Part shown: positions 31,283 through 48,914 of the stretch, in pieces
Layout of the letters: each line of letters begins with the position of its first letter
Numbering within the stretch: the stretch's first letter is position 1
Assembly (NCBI RefSeq): GCF_009914755.1
Contig: NC_060925.1
Strand: one strand, 5' to 3'
DNA: 64,000 nt
Source: the human T2T-CHM13v2.0 reference genome, Homo sapiens
Notes under the pieces: model-generated
Seen by the model: only the letters and a program-made list of their open reading frames with translations
Database searches by the model: none
What the model was told of the DNA's origin: nothing
Program-made: the position numbers and the translations under genes

Positions 31283-33835
31283 AATTTAACTTGTATTCCA
31301 AAACTCCACCTCCAGAGATTCTACTTCATTTGGCCTGGAAGGGAGCCCAATAATCTACATTTTATTAAGCTCTCCAGGAAATTCTGTCTGAGATCTATTG
31401 ATATAGAATATTAAGTGTATTACATAGTAGTATTCATGAAATGTTTCAGTGCCTGTAGATCAGACCTTTAAGTGTGATAGTGATAGTAATACAGAGATTA
31501 AGACTAGGATTAATGTTATTCATCTTTTTCTTGTGCTTCCTTAAAAAGGAAGATATTTAATGAAAAAAATTAATATTTAATAATGAATTTCTGTACATTC
31601 ACATTCAACATACATTTTTCAAAGTGTTTCTTGGTATAATAAATATGTTGATTTTATGGCTTCCAAAAATTCCTTTCTATCACTGTTCAAATATTTCCTT
31701 CTAAGTTATCTTTACAATGATGGATATAAAGTGAAGAATGGGGAGGTATTTATCAAGTAATTTCTTTATCAGTATCCTAAATGAAATAAGACTGACCTTT
31801 GAGCAAATGTGTAGTAGCAGCCATAGGTGCTGGCATGTTTGCATTCTTGCATACAGTAAGATTTCTTGCTTCCCTTTATCATCATCTAAATGGCTTCATT
31901 GTCATCACACTCATCAGATGAAATGCAGTACTGGATTCTTCTCTAAAAGCAGTGATTCTGTGACTGCTGCTCTAAACTCTAGTTCCTTGATTGTTTTGTT
32001 CTTAGGATCCTTTGTTTCAAATAGCAAGTTAATACAGCAGCCTCAGGACCTTCTCTTTCTCTCAGAATAAATGCTGTGGATAAGGTACATCTGAGTTTCC
32101 ATTTCCCCTCATTTCACATATAGCCATATTTTCTTCTCTGATGTAATATTTTGTATTAACACATTTTACATTTTGAAGTTTTCTTTTCCCCCACAAAGAT
32201 ATGTGGTTATCCCACTTAAAAATGAGCTTATTTGAATATGTGAAATAATGTTGTCATTGAATTAAGCTGTTTTGTGACTGCTGATGTATCACTGTGTTTG
32301 ATTTGGTGACAGCTTGAGGTCTGGTTAATATAATCTTAAGGTAATCAGCTTGATAGACTGGAATTACTAGTTTATTATCAAAAAATGAATGTAAAAATAT
32401 TGCTCTTTTCTCTCCCTGTTTAGACTAGTATGTGCCTTTTTAAAAATACTCCCTTTCTTCTTCCCTGCCTTTTTTCCCCACTCTTATTCATATACACTCA
32501 AACTAGATACCAGAGTTAGTTCATCAAAGCTGAATAATACCTATCAAAAAGTGATACCCTGACTTTTTTCTCTTAATCACCTGTACTGGACCATAGGGAG
32601 GACCAAATAGGCTTTCTTGGGGACTACAGAAAGAGCAAAGCGTAATACTCTTTAATCATAGCATGTTTGTTGTTGCTGTTTCAGTGGTGGTGGTGGTGGT
32701 GGTGGTTGTGTACTTACCTTGAATAGTGTGAAGTATCCTAAAATTATGTTGTGTGGGCTGGGAGCAGGAAGGAAACTGATTATTCGTCTAACAAAGGTTT
32801 GGCATAATTTTATTGTAAAATTTCAACTGTTTATGACATGAAAATTTCTAATTAATTATAAGAACAAAGTCACTGTGGTGGCAATAGTTGTACAAGATGT
32901 TTGACATTATTTCTATGTCAGTTTGATAGTCTGTGTTATAAATTGTCTTATTAGGACCCTTCTTCACCCTCTTCTTTATTATTCTGATTATCAGTAAATC
33001 CAGTTTGTACTGTTAGACATTTGAGTTTGTCTTTTAAATATTGAAGACTATTTTAAAAAGAAAAACCATAACATCTTTCTGTTTATTACATTAACATGTG
33101 ATCTCTCACCTGACGATGTGTTTAAAATGAATTAATAGATAAAATATAATACTCCGTTATATACTGAAAAAAATTTTCAAACTTTGTCTATATATTCAGA
33201 TATTGCTAGCAGTTCATATTAAATATGACTATTTTGTTTAATGAGAAAATAGGAATTTTTCCTTATCTCTGAGACTTACTGCTTCTCTTTGCCATTCACA
33301 TCTGGTTGAAGGTGGATGGTTTTGAACCTCGTAACGTCACTTCACTCGTCAGTTTCTGAGTGTGCCAACCTCCTTCTGACGGTTTAATTTTCAGTAACAA
33401 TCAAACCATTTATTCCTCAGGGGTTGGTCCTCCTAGTGATTCCTGTCCTTAACCCCCATTAGTGTTGATGGAAGTAATCCATAAGCACCAATAGGAGAAA
33501 AGGCCCATAAAGGATCAGTATCCCAGAACCCTGAAATAGGACGGCCGCTTCAGTACCCAAATGTCATTGCAATTCTAATGGAGTAGAAGCCAGCTTCTTG
33601 GAAGTGAAGATTTGAGATCATTATGTCATATTCTCTCCTTTTGGTGTCCTCCCTTCTCCCTCTAGCTTGCACATTCTTTTTATTTTAAATTTTACAGGAA
33701 GCCTTCTTTTAAAAACCTGGTTTTTAAAATTTCACATGTTGCTGTAACCAGGTGATTTCAAAACCCAGAAAACTGAAGTACATACCATACAGTCATAAGA
33801 AGTTTGGGGGCTTTTTTGGTTTTTATGTTTTTGGT

Positions 33836-33868
<33 letters not shown>

Positions 33869-35303
33869 TAGTGTGGGGAGTGGGGAGGAGGAAAAGGGAG
33901 AAATCGTGCTTGTTTTGGTTTTGGGAAGTCTTTTTGGATAAATATTGAGAATATTTATAGTATTCTGTAATTATGTGACATTTGTTGTGTGAGGGGAGAC
34001 CAGAGTAGCTGTTGCACATACATCGACTCTCTTAATATTGAAGCATATTTAAACAGTTGTTTGAAGCAGAGCTAGAAATTAATGGTGATACTTCTAACAG
34101 CATTTTGATGTTATAAATATTACTTTAAGTTTATCAAGAGAAAAATTCCAGTAGTAGCTTGCGTTATAAAATTAATTGATTTATTATGTTTCTGTATAAT
34201 TTTATTGAAATTGCTTTTTTGTGGTGAATATAATATAGTGGCAACGATTTTGAGGAATCTTTAAAGCTGTTTGGAAGAGATGGCCAACCTTTGGCTAGAT
34301 TTTTACTAGAATTTTGAAATAAGAAAGTGTATAAATATGTTTTCAGTTAAATTAGCCTTGAGGAAGAATAGTTATTATATGAGTTTTAAGGGTCTTGATA
34401 AATGTTGGGACCTACTCTAAAACTCATGAGGTTCCTCACTGATCAATACTCTTGCATTGTATTTTATTTCTCAAAATAATGAAATTTTTATGGAAAAGCT
34501 CAATTAGTGGAATCTTTTATTCAATATTCCCTTACTCTTCTTTCTTCCTTCCTTCTTTCTTTCCTTTCTTCCTTCCCTCCCTCCTTCCTTCCTAGTTCTT
34601 TCATTTTTTCAGGCAAGAAGCTTCCTTAATAATATAGTTTCTACAGAGCTTTCTTACTTATTTTTCTAATAATGGATATAACAGTGTGATAAAGTTTAAA
34701 TGCTCCGTGAGCAAAACTCTTATCAAACAACTGAAGAAATACACTGCTGATTAACCTTTTCCTTGGTCTTGAATTGTCTCCAGCATATTTGCTAGTGACT
34801 AAACCATTAATGGATCTTATTAGTATAAACACATGTCTGTGTGGTTATCAACAGTGTTGTATTATTGTCACATTTATTTACATTTTTGGTCAAAAATATA
34901 AACATGCGTGTGTGAAGCAGTCTGTTTTATAGAGTGAGCATATATGTAATCGTTTTCATATAATTGAAAATGTGCTGTGTGTTGCATTTTATTCTCATGT
35001 CGACTTTTCTACTATGTATACACCGATTGTCTCGGTGCCTTTTTCCTTTTGTATAATTGTATTACATACAGAAATTGCTGACCTCTGTGAAAACAGTGTA
35101 AAAAAAGTTAAAATTATTATTCCGATGAGATTTTAATGGCAGTTTAATTTTCCAGAGAATAAATTTTGTGTGGGTTAAAAGTTATTTTTCTTCACCTTTA
35201 TGTAAAAAATCTGTTTACGTTTTAGTACTCACATGGAATGGGTAAACATCTGACTTCATTGATGATGATACATAAACATCAGTCCTAATTCTTGTCATTG
35301 ACA

Positions 35304-36116
35304 AATAAATGTTAATATGACTGTTACACAAAATAAAATAATGTCAATTACATAAGGAAATATCAAATGGATATATGTACATGTTATTTAGATCTTGGGT
35401 TTGAAAGGAATCTCATCTAAATGTGCTATAAAATATTACTCTCAAAAGGTTTGGGTCATATTATTTTCTTTAATTGTAAGTCAAATCTGGCTTCCAAAGA
35501 AAATAGACTTACAAATGCAAACATTTAAAAATATTCTCCTTTAAAGTTCATATAAATCACAAATTAAACTAAATAGCTTTAAAATGATCTCAGTATCTTC
35601 AGCTGGAATATGAACTGTTACCTAGTTTGTTCTTTCACTTAATGTGAATTTGTTGTCATTCATATCAGTATTGCTATCCTGTTTAACAAAATAATTTTCT
35701 CTTTGCCAATAGTAGTTTGTTGATTTTTAATTCTTTTTCATTAGCTAGTTGTATTGTTTCCCTAAGACCTGGAGTTTAGATATTTTTCATATTTCATTAC
35801 CTTGTCCATTTTACTTCCAGCAACAAAGATTTATAACAACAGACTTAACAAGTACTATTTTGCATATGAAAAAGAATTTAAACGTTTGGTGCTCTAAAAC
35901 TGAAAGAAATTAAAGTTGCTGCATCATCTAATCTCTGATTGTCTTTGAATCCTTAGTTCCATAAATTATCCAGAGCCTTTTTTAGTTAACATTTTTAAAG
36001 AGGGGAATGCCAGTGCCCAATTGGTCTGGTTGAGTTTTTTTTTTTTTTCCTTTTTGTAAAGTTGTCTCTACTGAAATATAATGAAAACATGAAACACTTC
36101 TTCTGCTCAGAATAAA
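35304..36116 (+). terminator. Candidate distal polyadenylation signals (AATAAA at 35304, 35332, 36111)
   Basis: Hexamers at the end of a ~5-kb repeat-poor block, just before Alu/MaLR-dense DNA resumes at 36236. Confidence 0.35.
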
Positions 36117-36235
36117 TGGGTTCATAATGTAATCTACAATCTACAATTTAAGGAATTTGTATCCTTTCCCAGTACTCACTGCTGAATTCTTCCCCCGCTC
36201 TCAAACATTTTGAGCTTCTATTATTAAGACATTTA

Positions 36236-36547
<312 letters not shown>

Positions 36548-37412
36548 TTAAGGTTAAAAAAGCCAAAAGTAACAGATTTGCTTGAGTGTTGACAAAATTT
36601 GTTTTCTGAATTGTAAGAAATGTCTTACTTAGGGACAATTTATTATTTAATACTTTGAAAAACTTTATTTTCATTTGGGTCTTTCAGAGAATTACAATTA
36701 ATATAAAGTGAAATTCCAGCAAAAAAATTGGCACATCTGCATTCTTGCTAATAAATCATGAAATTATCATTTTCTATTGTTATAAATGGATTTAGTAGTT
36801 ATTCATTATAACAGGTTACTATATTTAAGGTATGTTTTTTGTTTGTTTTTCTCTTTTTTAAACCAAAACCTCACCAACCATTATATTTTAATTGCAAATT
36901 GATTGTAACTCCTTTGATCTCCAATATGCAAAATAATATTTAAGCCAACTTTTTCTTTCCATAGATTATCAAAATATTTCATGATATTTCCCATTTGAAA
37001 ATAAAGTCATTCCCAATTTTAAAATAAATGGTCTCAGTAAAGGTATATGTGGGATATTTTATTAATAATTTACAATGAATTATAAAAATACACTACATAT
37101 TTTTATGAAATTAAGTGCCAAATAAATGGGGCAAATTATGTGAGGATCTCATAAACTTATATTGATTAGCAAGAGAAAAAATGAAAACATCTACTCAGCA
37201 TAAAGAAAATATATCTAAAGGAAAACCTTCCAAAGAATACTTTTAATATGTGGTAGCAACTGCCAATTCTTCACCAGAACCCATGTATTTCTCTTTCTTG
37301 TTCATATGGCTAGCTTACTATTTCTAATGTCTTCCCTTGAGATTAGGCATGGCCATGTGACTGAGTTCTAGCCAACTGAATACAACCAGAGATGATGTCC
37401 AATTTCTAGGAG

Positions 37413-38019
<607 letters not shown>

Positions 38020-38884
38020 TCACCTCACAGAAAACAGACAACCAGGTATGTATACCTTGGAATGACAGCATAATAAGGAAAAAAAAACTTCTATTATTTT
38101 TGAGCCATTACTTATTTTGGAGTACATTTGTTACTATAAACAACCGAAACTAAAAAACTATTGATACCTTCCAGTGGAGTTCTGTGAGAATGAAAACCTG
38201 AAATATTCTACATTAACTTAGCAGGCAGGCAGCCAGTGGTGAGGAAATAGATATAGCAGCCTGGAAACCTGTAGCCGTATTTTGCAGTGGCAAAGCACGG
38301 ATAACCAGTTGCCTGTATATTGAAGGTGGTCAGTGCAACTACCGAAAGTGTAGTTCAGGGGAAATGGATGGAAAGAGCCAGAGTAGCGGTGCATTTGAGA
38401 TTTTCCTTGCTAAAATGTATTATGAGAAAGCAGTAAACTCAGGCAGGAGTTCTGTGGCTCTCACGGAGAGATTGAAGGGAATGGAAAAGAGCCCTGAGAT
38501 TAACTGCCTTGGGGTTGGAAAAGTCTGCTGCTTCTGGATTCCCAAGTATTAAGATAGAAAATTGAAAAAAGTGTTGAATAAGAAAAGCCCATTGAGACTG
38601 CTCAACCAAACACAGGGACTCAACCTCATGGCAAATATCAGAATTGTTTCAGTGTTCCCTCCTGTTTCAGAGGAACTCCAGGCCAATTTTCATCCTCGTG
38701 AAGCAAGCTATGAAAGTTGTGTGGCCTCCAAGAAGGAAACAGTTCTCAATATCTGCTTCAAATGAAACCATAGCATGTAACAGTCTTCGGACTCCTCAGA
38801 AGTCAGAGCAGGGGATCACTGAGAATAATGAATAACAGAGTTCCTCTTAGAAAATAGATGGAGCCAAACAAAAAACTGCCCCTA

Positions 38885-39172
38885 GGCCAGGCGTGGCAGC
38901 TCACGCCTATAATCCCAACACTTTGGGAGGGTGGGGCAGAGGGATGCCAGGAGTTAGAGACTAGCCTGGCCAACAAAGGGAGACCCAATCTCTACCAATA
39001 AATAAATAAGTCGGGCGTGGTGGCACACGCCTATAGTCCCAGCTACTCAGGAGGTTGAGGTGGGAGGATCATTTGAACCCAGGAGTTCGAAGCTGCAGTG
39101 AGCTATGCTCATATCACTGCACTCTTGCGCTCTGGCCTGGTTGGCAGAGCAAGACCCTGTCTCTAAAAAAAA
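38885..39172 (+). mobile_element. AluJ
   Basis: Diverged sense Alu dimer. Confidence 0.9.
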
Positions 39173-40447
39173 CAGGAAACAGAAATAAACATTTAAAAAC
39201 TGCCTCTGCTGAGAGAATTGGGGGCCGGGGTTTCACTGCTGTGAATCAATGACTGCTATGTTTCTCATTCTTCCCTTTTTCAAATGGGAATTTTTAATGG
39301 CAGTTATCTTCTTCCTGCTCTGCATTATGTATTTAGTGGAAGTTGGAGGGGCAGATATCTTTAAATTCCCAGGTCATTGGACTTGATGGAAAGGAGAGTG
39401 TATCACCAGAGATAGAGGACTTGGAGAAGACTGCAGTAACTGGATGGGACTTTAGGTGGTCTTCTTTAGGGAGAAAGTAAGCTATTTAACTAAACCTTTG
39501 TTCTCTTCCTGGACGCATGCTAGACTACATTTCCCAGCCTCTCTTGCAAGTATCTGTGGTTATGGGACTGAGTCCTAGCCAACTGGAATGTGAGTGGAAG
39601 TGGTATGTACCATTTCTAGGCCCAGTGCCTCCATGGTCTCTCTCCCCATGCATTAGCTGGTTACAGAAGATGGCTAATATACTAAGGGATGGTGAAGCCA
39701 CAGATGAAAGGAGCCTGGGTCCTTGATTCACTGCTTGGAGGTCATCACCCATCAACCAGTAATATCTTCAGAGTGTTACATGAGAAAGAAAAACTTCCAC
39801 TGTGTATTTGAGCTGTTATTCATTTGGGGTCTATTTTATCCCTGCAGCACTAGCATACACTGATAAGTAAACTCATAGTAACTGAGGAAAATGCTAGATA
39901 GCACTGTAGCAAAAAAACAGAAGTTCCAAACAATATTTGGAAAGGCAAGGTCTAACACCTAATTGTTGGGGGCAAAAATCAAAGAGTAAGATAAGTCTCC
40001 AGAACACTGCCTGCCAGCAGTACTGGAAGGAGTTATTTTAGGAATGGATTGTAAGGCTTTTGGAGAGATTCAAAATGCCTAACTCTCCAACTTCATCAAA
40101 CTACAAGAAATGAGTTTAACTGTGACCCAAGGGATGAAATGAAGTGATAGGTAGAAAGCCAGAGGAACAACTAAAACCTGAGCATCAAACCTACAGACAT
40201 AACTGAAGCAATAAGAATGTTGGAGGAACACATTTGTAGGGTGAAGAGAGAAAGAACCCAAGCAGTGACCAGAGTTAAGGCAAGGACACCAGAAATGTCA
40301 TGAGGGGCAAATGAAAACCAGATTGTCAAATCCCTTGAATCCAGACTAGAGACTTGAATAGTTAACCCCATAAGGTTTAGAGTAGAAGAGTAATTTTAAG
40401 AAGGCCAGTTTAATAGGGGTAAGAATCAGAAAGAGATCCATTGGAAG

Positions 40448-40749
40448 CTTTTTTTTTTTTTTTTTTTTAAGATGGGGTCTCACTCTGTCGCCGGGCTGGA
40501 GTGCAGTGGCACAATCTCAGCTCAATGCAACCTCTGCCTCGTGGGTTTAAGTGATTCTCCTGCCTGAGCCTCCCAAGTAGCTGAGATGACAGGTGCCCGC
40601 CACCACGCCTGGCTAATTTTTGTATTTTTAGTAGAGACGGGGTTTCAGCACGTTGGCCAGGCTGGTCTCAAACTCCTGACCTCAGGTGATCCACCTGCCT
40701 CGGCTTCCCAAAGTGCTAAGATTATGGGTGTGAGCCACCGCGCCTGGCC
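40448..40749 (-). mobile_element. Alu (S family)
   Basis: Antisense Alu; TSD ggaagct. Confidence 0.95.
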
Positions 40750-41439
40750 GGAAGCTATTTTTTTAAAACCAGATGTTTAAAATCATAAGTGATTAGATAT
40801 AAGGTAATACTAGTAACCTAGATCATGTGAATAGAGAATTTTTTTTCTTTAATGAGATGAGTGAGAGAGACATTGAAAAGGAAGCGTTCTGAGAATTGAT
40901 GACCAATTCAGTGAGGAGTCATGCAAAGCACTGGAATGACCAAGTCACAGGAATCAAGAGCTGACATCCTCTCATTAGAATATACGTTCCCCAATGGCAG
41001 AAACTTTTCACAACTGTGTGCCCCATGCCTGAACAGTATCTAGGGCATAAAATGAATGAGTATTAATGAATCTTTATTTCTGATGGAGTTTGGGACATTG
41101 GGAAGTTTGAGGGGGCTTGAGAGTTTTTTTTTGGGGGGGTGTCTTTTTAGGCAGCTATTTGTTTTAATTGAATAGAATCAGCCAAGAATGGTTAGATTAT
41201 ATTTAATGTGCATTATTTTCCAAAGCAATAAAAATATACAAATACACTTGAGAAATATATTCAATAATACCTGAGATGAAAAGAATACTTGTTCAACAAA
41301 AAGAAGTTGATTTATGAAACCCCATTTCCTCTGTGATTTCTGGCTCATTAATTGATTTTTTAAAAAACCTCTATTTCTGACATTGCTATAACTGTTAATA
41401 GGGAAACAATACTAAGCTGACACCAAGCTTTTTTTTTCA

Positions 41440-41835
41440 ATAAACTTCATTTTAGAACAGTTGTAGATTTACAGAAAAATTCAGATGATACTACAGAGAG
41501 TTCCCATACACCATGCACCCAGATCCCCCTATTAATAACATCTTACACTGGTACATTTTTTACAACTAATATCCAATTTGCTTCATTATAATTAAATGAA
41601 ATCCCTGGTTTAATCAGATTTTCTTAGTCACCTCTCCTTGCCTATCTAATGCCCTATTGCTGTTCCAGGATCCTGTTTAGGATCTCACACTGCGTTTATT
41701 TATATGTCTCCTTAGGCTTCTTGTGCCTATGACAGTTTCTCAAACACTCCTTGTTTTTGACGACCTTGACAGTTTTGAGGAGGACTGGACAGGTATTTTG
41801 TAGACTGTCCCTTAACTGGGATTTCTCTGATGTTT
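41440..41835 (-). mobile_element. L1MC-like 3' end fragment
   Basis: ttttagaacagttgtagatttacagaaaaatt...gagagttcccatac...ttgacagttttgaggaggactgg. Confidence 0.6.
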
Positions 41836-42769
41836 TTGGTTTACAAACCTATTTTCCCATCTGGAAATATTACTCTGCTCAGCATGGAGTTATGAGTTTT
41901 AAATGGGTTGACCGAGGCAAGTTATCCAACACTTAATAAGTGTTCATGTAATTTTATTTTCATCTTTTCATGATTAATGAAAGGACACTCATTATCTTTG
42001 GCATAAACAGTCACTTCATATGCTTGGGGGGCATTATTAAATCAACCATCTTTTTTCTAAATAATATTAATACCTTTAATAAATTTTATTTTCCAGATTT
42101 CCTATTCTCTAGATCCTTTCTAACTAGCTTGACATCCCTTAATCCATGAAATCTGAGCCTCTATTCACTTATTTATCAAGGGTTCAAACACAACAAGGGC
42201 TTACAATATGGCTTTACATTTTATACCACTTATCTTACTTATTTTTTATTTTTTAGTCACAAAGCAAGTATAAAGATTCTATTTTAATTATTTATAAACT
42301 GTCAAACAAAACTTATTCATCCTGTATTACTTTGATAATTATTTCTAACCACTGGGTAATATTTTGCTACAGTAGCTCTTAAACTGTACAATACAGATGA
42401 TTTTTGTTTACCCAAGATAGTTTCAGTCTTTATAGGATGTTACCATATGTTGCATACCATCCATGCACATAGATATCCAGAGATTTTGAAAGCAAGAAAA
42501 AATATGTTAAACTTCAGTGAAGATATTTTTTAAATGAGTCAGAAACAGTATCCTATAATCTTTATTATGAATGTCAATTTTTTTCAAGCTTACAGGTAAT
42601 TGGATTTCAAATTAAATTGTGTTTGTGTGTGAGTAAAATCTTTGTAGAAATCTTCATACTTTTCAGAGGATTTTAAACATTTATACTATCAGTTTTGTGA
42701 TTTTTAAAAATTTGCCTCTTCTGTAAGAGTAAAATATTAAACAAAACCACTGTTGCTCGGGCTTGAATT

Positions 42770-44120
<1,351 letters not shown>

Positions 44121-44514
44121 GGGATTTGTTATATGCTGATGGCATATAGTTTAACTAATATATGTTACGTAGATGAACATTTAAAAAATCATTTCAGGTC
44201 ATACTAAACCCAATGAGAAGATGGCATAGCAGACTCCAACACTCCTACCACTCATTAACAATGACTGTTATAAAATAATTAGAAGAGATTTCAAATAAAT
44301 AAATAAATAGAATGTAAAGAGCCACCATAATGAATGTTATGCTTACTCTAGTTGCTGTTTAATCATTATGAAACAGCAATTTAATCATTATTGGGAACTA
44401 GTTCTTTTTCTTTCTTTGTTTTTTGTTTGTTTTTGTTTTTGTAACTAGTTTCTACCACTGATGTTTCACGAATGTTGGATGGACAGTAACTACTAAATAA
44501 ATAATGAAAAATTT

Positions 44515-44839
<325 letters not shown>

Positions 44840-45669
44840 TTAAAGTAAAAGCTTGAACCATATCAAACAATAAAATTGATTTTAGAAACAAATATTTATA
44901 CGTTGCATTGAGTGTTGTACTTTGGTGGTCTTAAAACATGGTATGCTATTCATCTATTTAAACAATACTGCCTAATTCAAAACATTTTGGAAACATATTA
45001 TTTTGGTATTATTTTCAGAGCCCATCTAGCAGTCATGTAAGAAAAACATCCCAATGATTTATAGTCAAAACTCACTTTTGACAAAAATCAGTACTTTTTT
45101 CTTTTTAAACTTTTTATTATGGGAAATTTAAAACATCTACAACATAAACAGAATAGAATAATGAACTTTCATGTACTACTCACCGAACTTGAGTAGTTAA
45201 CTAACATTTTGTCATTCTTGTATGATCTATAGCTTCATGTACTCTCCATCCCCACTTAATTTTTATTACTTTTAAAAAGTTTTAAGGTAAATTTTTTAAT
45301 ATACTTTTATATACCTTATATTGAAATGCACAAATGTTACCTGCACAATATTGACAAACAGATGCACCTTTGTGAGCCACACCTCTATTATAGACCATTT
45401 TCATCTACCAGGAATGTTTCCTTACATTATTTTTTAGTCATTTGCACCCAAGGCAATCATGGGTCCATGTATTCATTTAGATTAACTTTGCTTATTCTAG
45501 AACTTCAAATAAATGGAAACATACCATATGTACTCTTTGTTCCCAGCTTCTTTTGCTAAGCATAGGATCTTTAGATTAATCCATGTTGTTGCATTTACCA
45601 ATACTTCATTCCTTTATATGACTGAGTTTCATTGTATGTGTATATCACAATTTGTTTTCCATTCTCCTT

Positions 45670-48282
45670 GTGCCAGTTTTCTATTGCTGCACCACAAAGC
45701 ATCCCAAACTAAGTGGCTTTGAAAAAGTGACAATCATATATCTCGCTCATGAATCAGCACTTTGTGTATGGCATAGCAGGGGCAGCTTTTCTCTGTTCTG
45801 CATGGCATCCCCAGGGTGGCACAAAGGCTGAAGGTGACTTGATGGTCAGAGGCAGGAATCATCCAGAGACTCACTCATGTACCTGGTGGTTGATGCTGGC
45901 TGTCAGCTGGAACCTTAGCTGGAGCCTATGCACATGGCTGCTTGGATTCCTCACAGTCTGGAAGCTGGGCCCCAAGAATAAGATCTCAAGAGAGCAAGGC
46001 AATTGTAGGTGGCATTTTTATGACCTATCTTCAGAAGTCACAAAGCATTACTTTCTTCATACTCTGTTGGCCAACACAGTCACAGAGTTCTATCCAGGTT
46101 CAGAGGAGTAGAGCAGAGACTCCACGACTCTGTGAGAGAGGTGTCAATGTCACATTCTAAGAACACACGGGATAACACATTGTGGCCATCTTTGGATAAT
46201 GCTGTCTGCCATAGTCTCCCTTCTGGCCACAAGAGTTCACATCTCTCCCACATACAAAATACACTCAACTCTCTCTTCCAAGAGCCCTAAGTCTCTTACC
46301 ATTATGGTAATAACACACAGTCCAGGATCTCCTCATGTCATTTAGGTCTGAGTATGGATGAGACTCCGTGGGAGCAGCTCCTGCATTCAGTTCCTTCAGT
46401 AGCATTCTGAAGAGTTGTGAACCAGAGAGAAGTTACATGCGTGACACACACCCAACAGACAACAGGAGAACAGGCAGAGGATAACCACTGTAAACCCTCC
46501 TGCTCAAAAAGATGTCCACTCCTTGGGATTTCTTCCTTTTGATAAAACGTAGCTCATGTTTGCAACTAATGCATTTTATCAGACTACTCTCTGCTGCAGA
46601 AGTTTGGGGATCCAATGAACTCTTTTATTTTTGTACTGTCTTTGTTCATTTCAGTCCAGGCAATCTACTTTTTCTTTTCTTTAAACCTTGTGAGCTTTGT
46701 GTGTATTAATTTCCAATCCACCCTATTAGAGAAAAGCCATATCCACAAATCTCTTTAAGAGAAGTCCTACTCTACCTAGAGATATCTATGAGACTGCTAT
46801 GGGACAACTCTTTCGAGATCTTTAGATGCACCATTGTTTAGCAGGGAAGATCTGTGAGGCATTTCCTTAAGATCCTTAGAAGAACTTCTGTCTATCTGAA
46901 AAGGCATATAAAATACCACCTTATGGCCAGGTACAGTGGCTCATGCCTGTAATCCCAGTACTTTGGGAGACCAAGACAGGAGGATGGCTTGAGCCCAGGA
47001 GTTCAAGACCAGCCTTGGCAACAGTGAGACCCCATCTCTACCAAAAAAAAAAAAAAAAAAAATTAATTAGCTGGTCCTGGTGACATGTGCCTATAGTCTC
47101 AGCTACTTCCTTGAGCCTGGGAGGCCGAGGCTACAGTGAACCATGGTTGTACCACTGCACTCCAGCCTGGGCAACCGAGTGAGACCCTATCTCAAAAAAA
47201 ACATTTTTTTAACACCACTTGAAGTCTTTCTGAGTTCTTAACAAAAGGATTTCCAGTCATGCCCTTGGCTTTATATGTAGACATATTTCTGCAACATTAT
47301 TGATTGGCTGTAAGCCATTTCTTAATTCAAGCATCATTTACCATCTGGAGAGGCGGGAAATGAGAAAACATGTAATTTTCGTACCCAGCAAGTCCTGGCT
47401 CCTTATATTTAACTGTCCTTTCTCTTATCTCTTTTCTAATGCATTGCCAGTGAGAAGTCAGGTGACATTTTCAATATTCTACCTACAAATCTTCTTAACT
47501 AGATTATTGTCTGCATTCGGGACATTTCCTATTTTCCATATTACTGCAGGTGACTTTAGGGACAATTCTCCACCACTATAAAATGAAGGTCTTTTTCCCT
47601 GCAGCTTCCAATAACATTTTCCTTACTTTCTCTTCGGTCCTCACTGACAGCCTCCTCAAGGTCCTTTAAGCCCCTGCTAATACTTTATCTCCTCAAGGCC
47701 CTTCCAGCTTTGCCTACTATCCAGTCCCAAAGCCAATGCCACATGTTTTAGGTTTTTGTTTTGGCAGCATCCCATCTCCAGGTACCAAAATCTGTTCCAG
47801 TTGTCTATTTCTGAGTGGCAAATCACCCCACACTTAGTGGCTTAACAAACCAACAGTCATTTATTTTACTCACAAATCTGCAGTTAGGCAGAGCTTGACA
47901 GAGACACTTCATCTCTGCTCAATGCAGCATCAACTGAAATAATTCACAGGCTGGAAATGACTCCACAGGTAGGCTTTGAAGTCATCTGAAGGCTCACTTA
48001 CCTGTCTGGGGTCAACAAAGGTTGTCATCTGGGACACCGAGGCATGAACTCTCCTGGTTAGTTTCCTTGCAGCACAGTGGCTGGATTTCAGGAACAAGCA
48101 TCCCAAGAGAATAAGACAGAAGTGTGTGGCATCTGTATGACCCAGCCTCGTAAGTCTCAAAGTGACACTTCCTCCATTCTTGGTTGATTGACACAGTCAC
48201 AAAGATCTGCCTAAGCACAAGTAGAGGGAATATAGATGTGATATAAGGTGGTGGCCGTCTTAGAGAAATGAAATCTGCCATA
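45670..48282 (-). mobile_element. MLT1 (MaLR) element with two LTRs (~45670-46212, ~47792-48282) and internal region; AluJ inserted at 46924-47201
   Basis: Both LTRs share ccagtt..ctatt..g, cccaaact/cacacttagtggctt and tggcat..tatgacc motifs. Junction ggtaccaaaatc|tg is typical of MaLR. Confidence 0.75.
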
Positions 48283-48914
48283 GTCCTGTTGCTATTACTT
48301 AGTTTTAATCTGTATCTTATTTATAAGTCTAGATTCCAAAGGATATTTTTATATTTCTGATGATCAAACCCATTTTTAAGGTGCCATGATTGAGATATTG
48401 AGAATGCATGGAAGCTTTCAATTCCAAAAGAGTTTTTTAAATATTTTCAACAAAACCATCATCATTGCAAGTACTGTTTGAATCTATATGCAATTCTAAT
48501 TATCAGCCCTTTATCACAGATTATTTATACATGTAGTTGAATGCATTGTCTACTCTGAATGTAAACTACAACGATTAGATTATCACTATCAAGGAGAATT
48601 AAATTTGGCTCGCAAGAGATAGACTAATTTCCCAAGCTCTTCAACACCTGACAACAATCTTATAAAACATTATGAGACCTTTGGTATCATTAATTATTAG
48701 CATGCCTGATTCTTATTTTCCCACTAGCACATTTCTGTGAAGAAAATTAACTCCTATATATTTTTTGTGAATATAACCCAAGAGCATATGACAATCTAAT
48801 TGTATGCTTAATTATTTCAAGTTGTCTTTTAAAAGTTGGTCCTAAGGATCTCTTTTGCTAAACCCTGTATCCAAAGGAGACCAGAATTGACACAGACTTC
48901 TAAGAAAACCCCTA

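Noticed and set aside
32684-34592. (TGG)n, poly-T and (CCTT)n tracts
   Set aside because: Ordinary short simple repeats.
25635-34832. Short ORFs in the 3' UTR region (e.g. 25635-25847, 26313-26654, 31738-32070)
   Set aside because: No recognisable domains or splice support; lengths are expected by chance.
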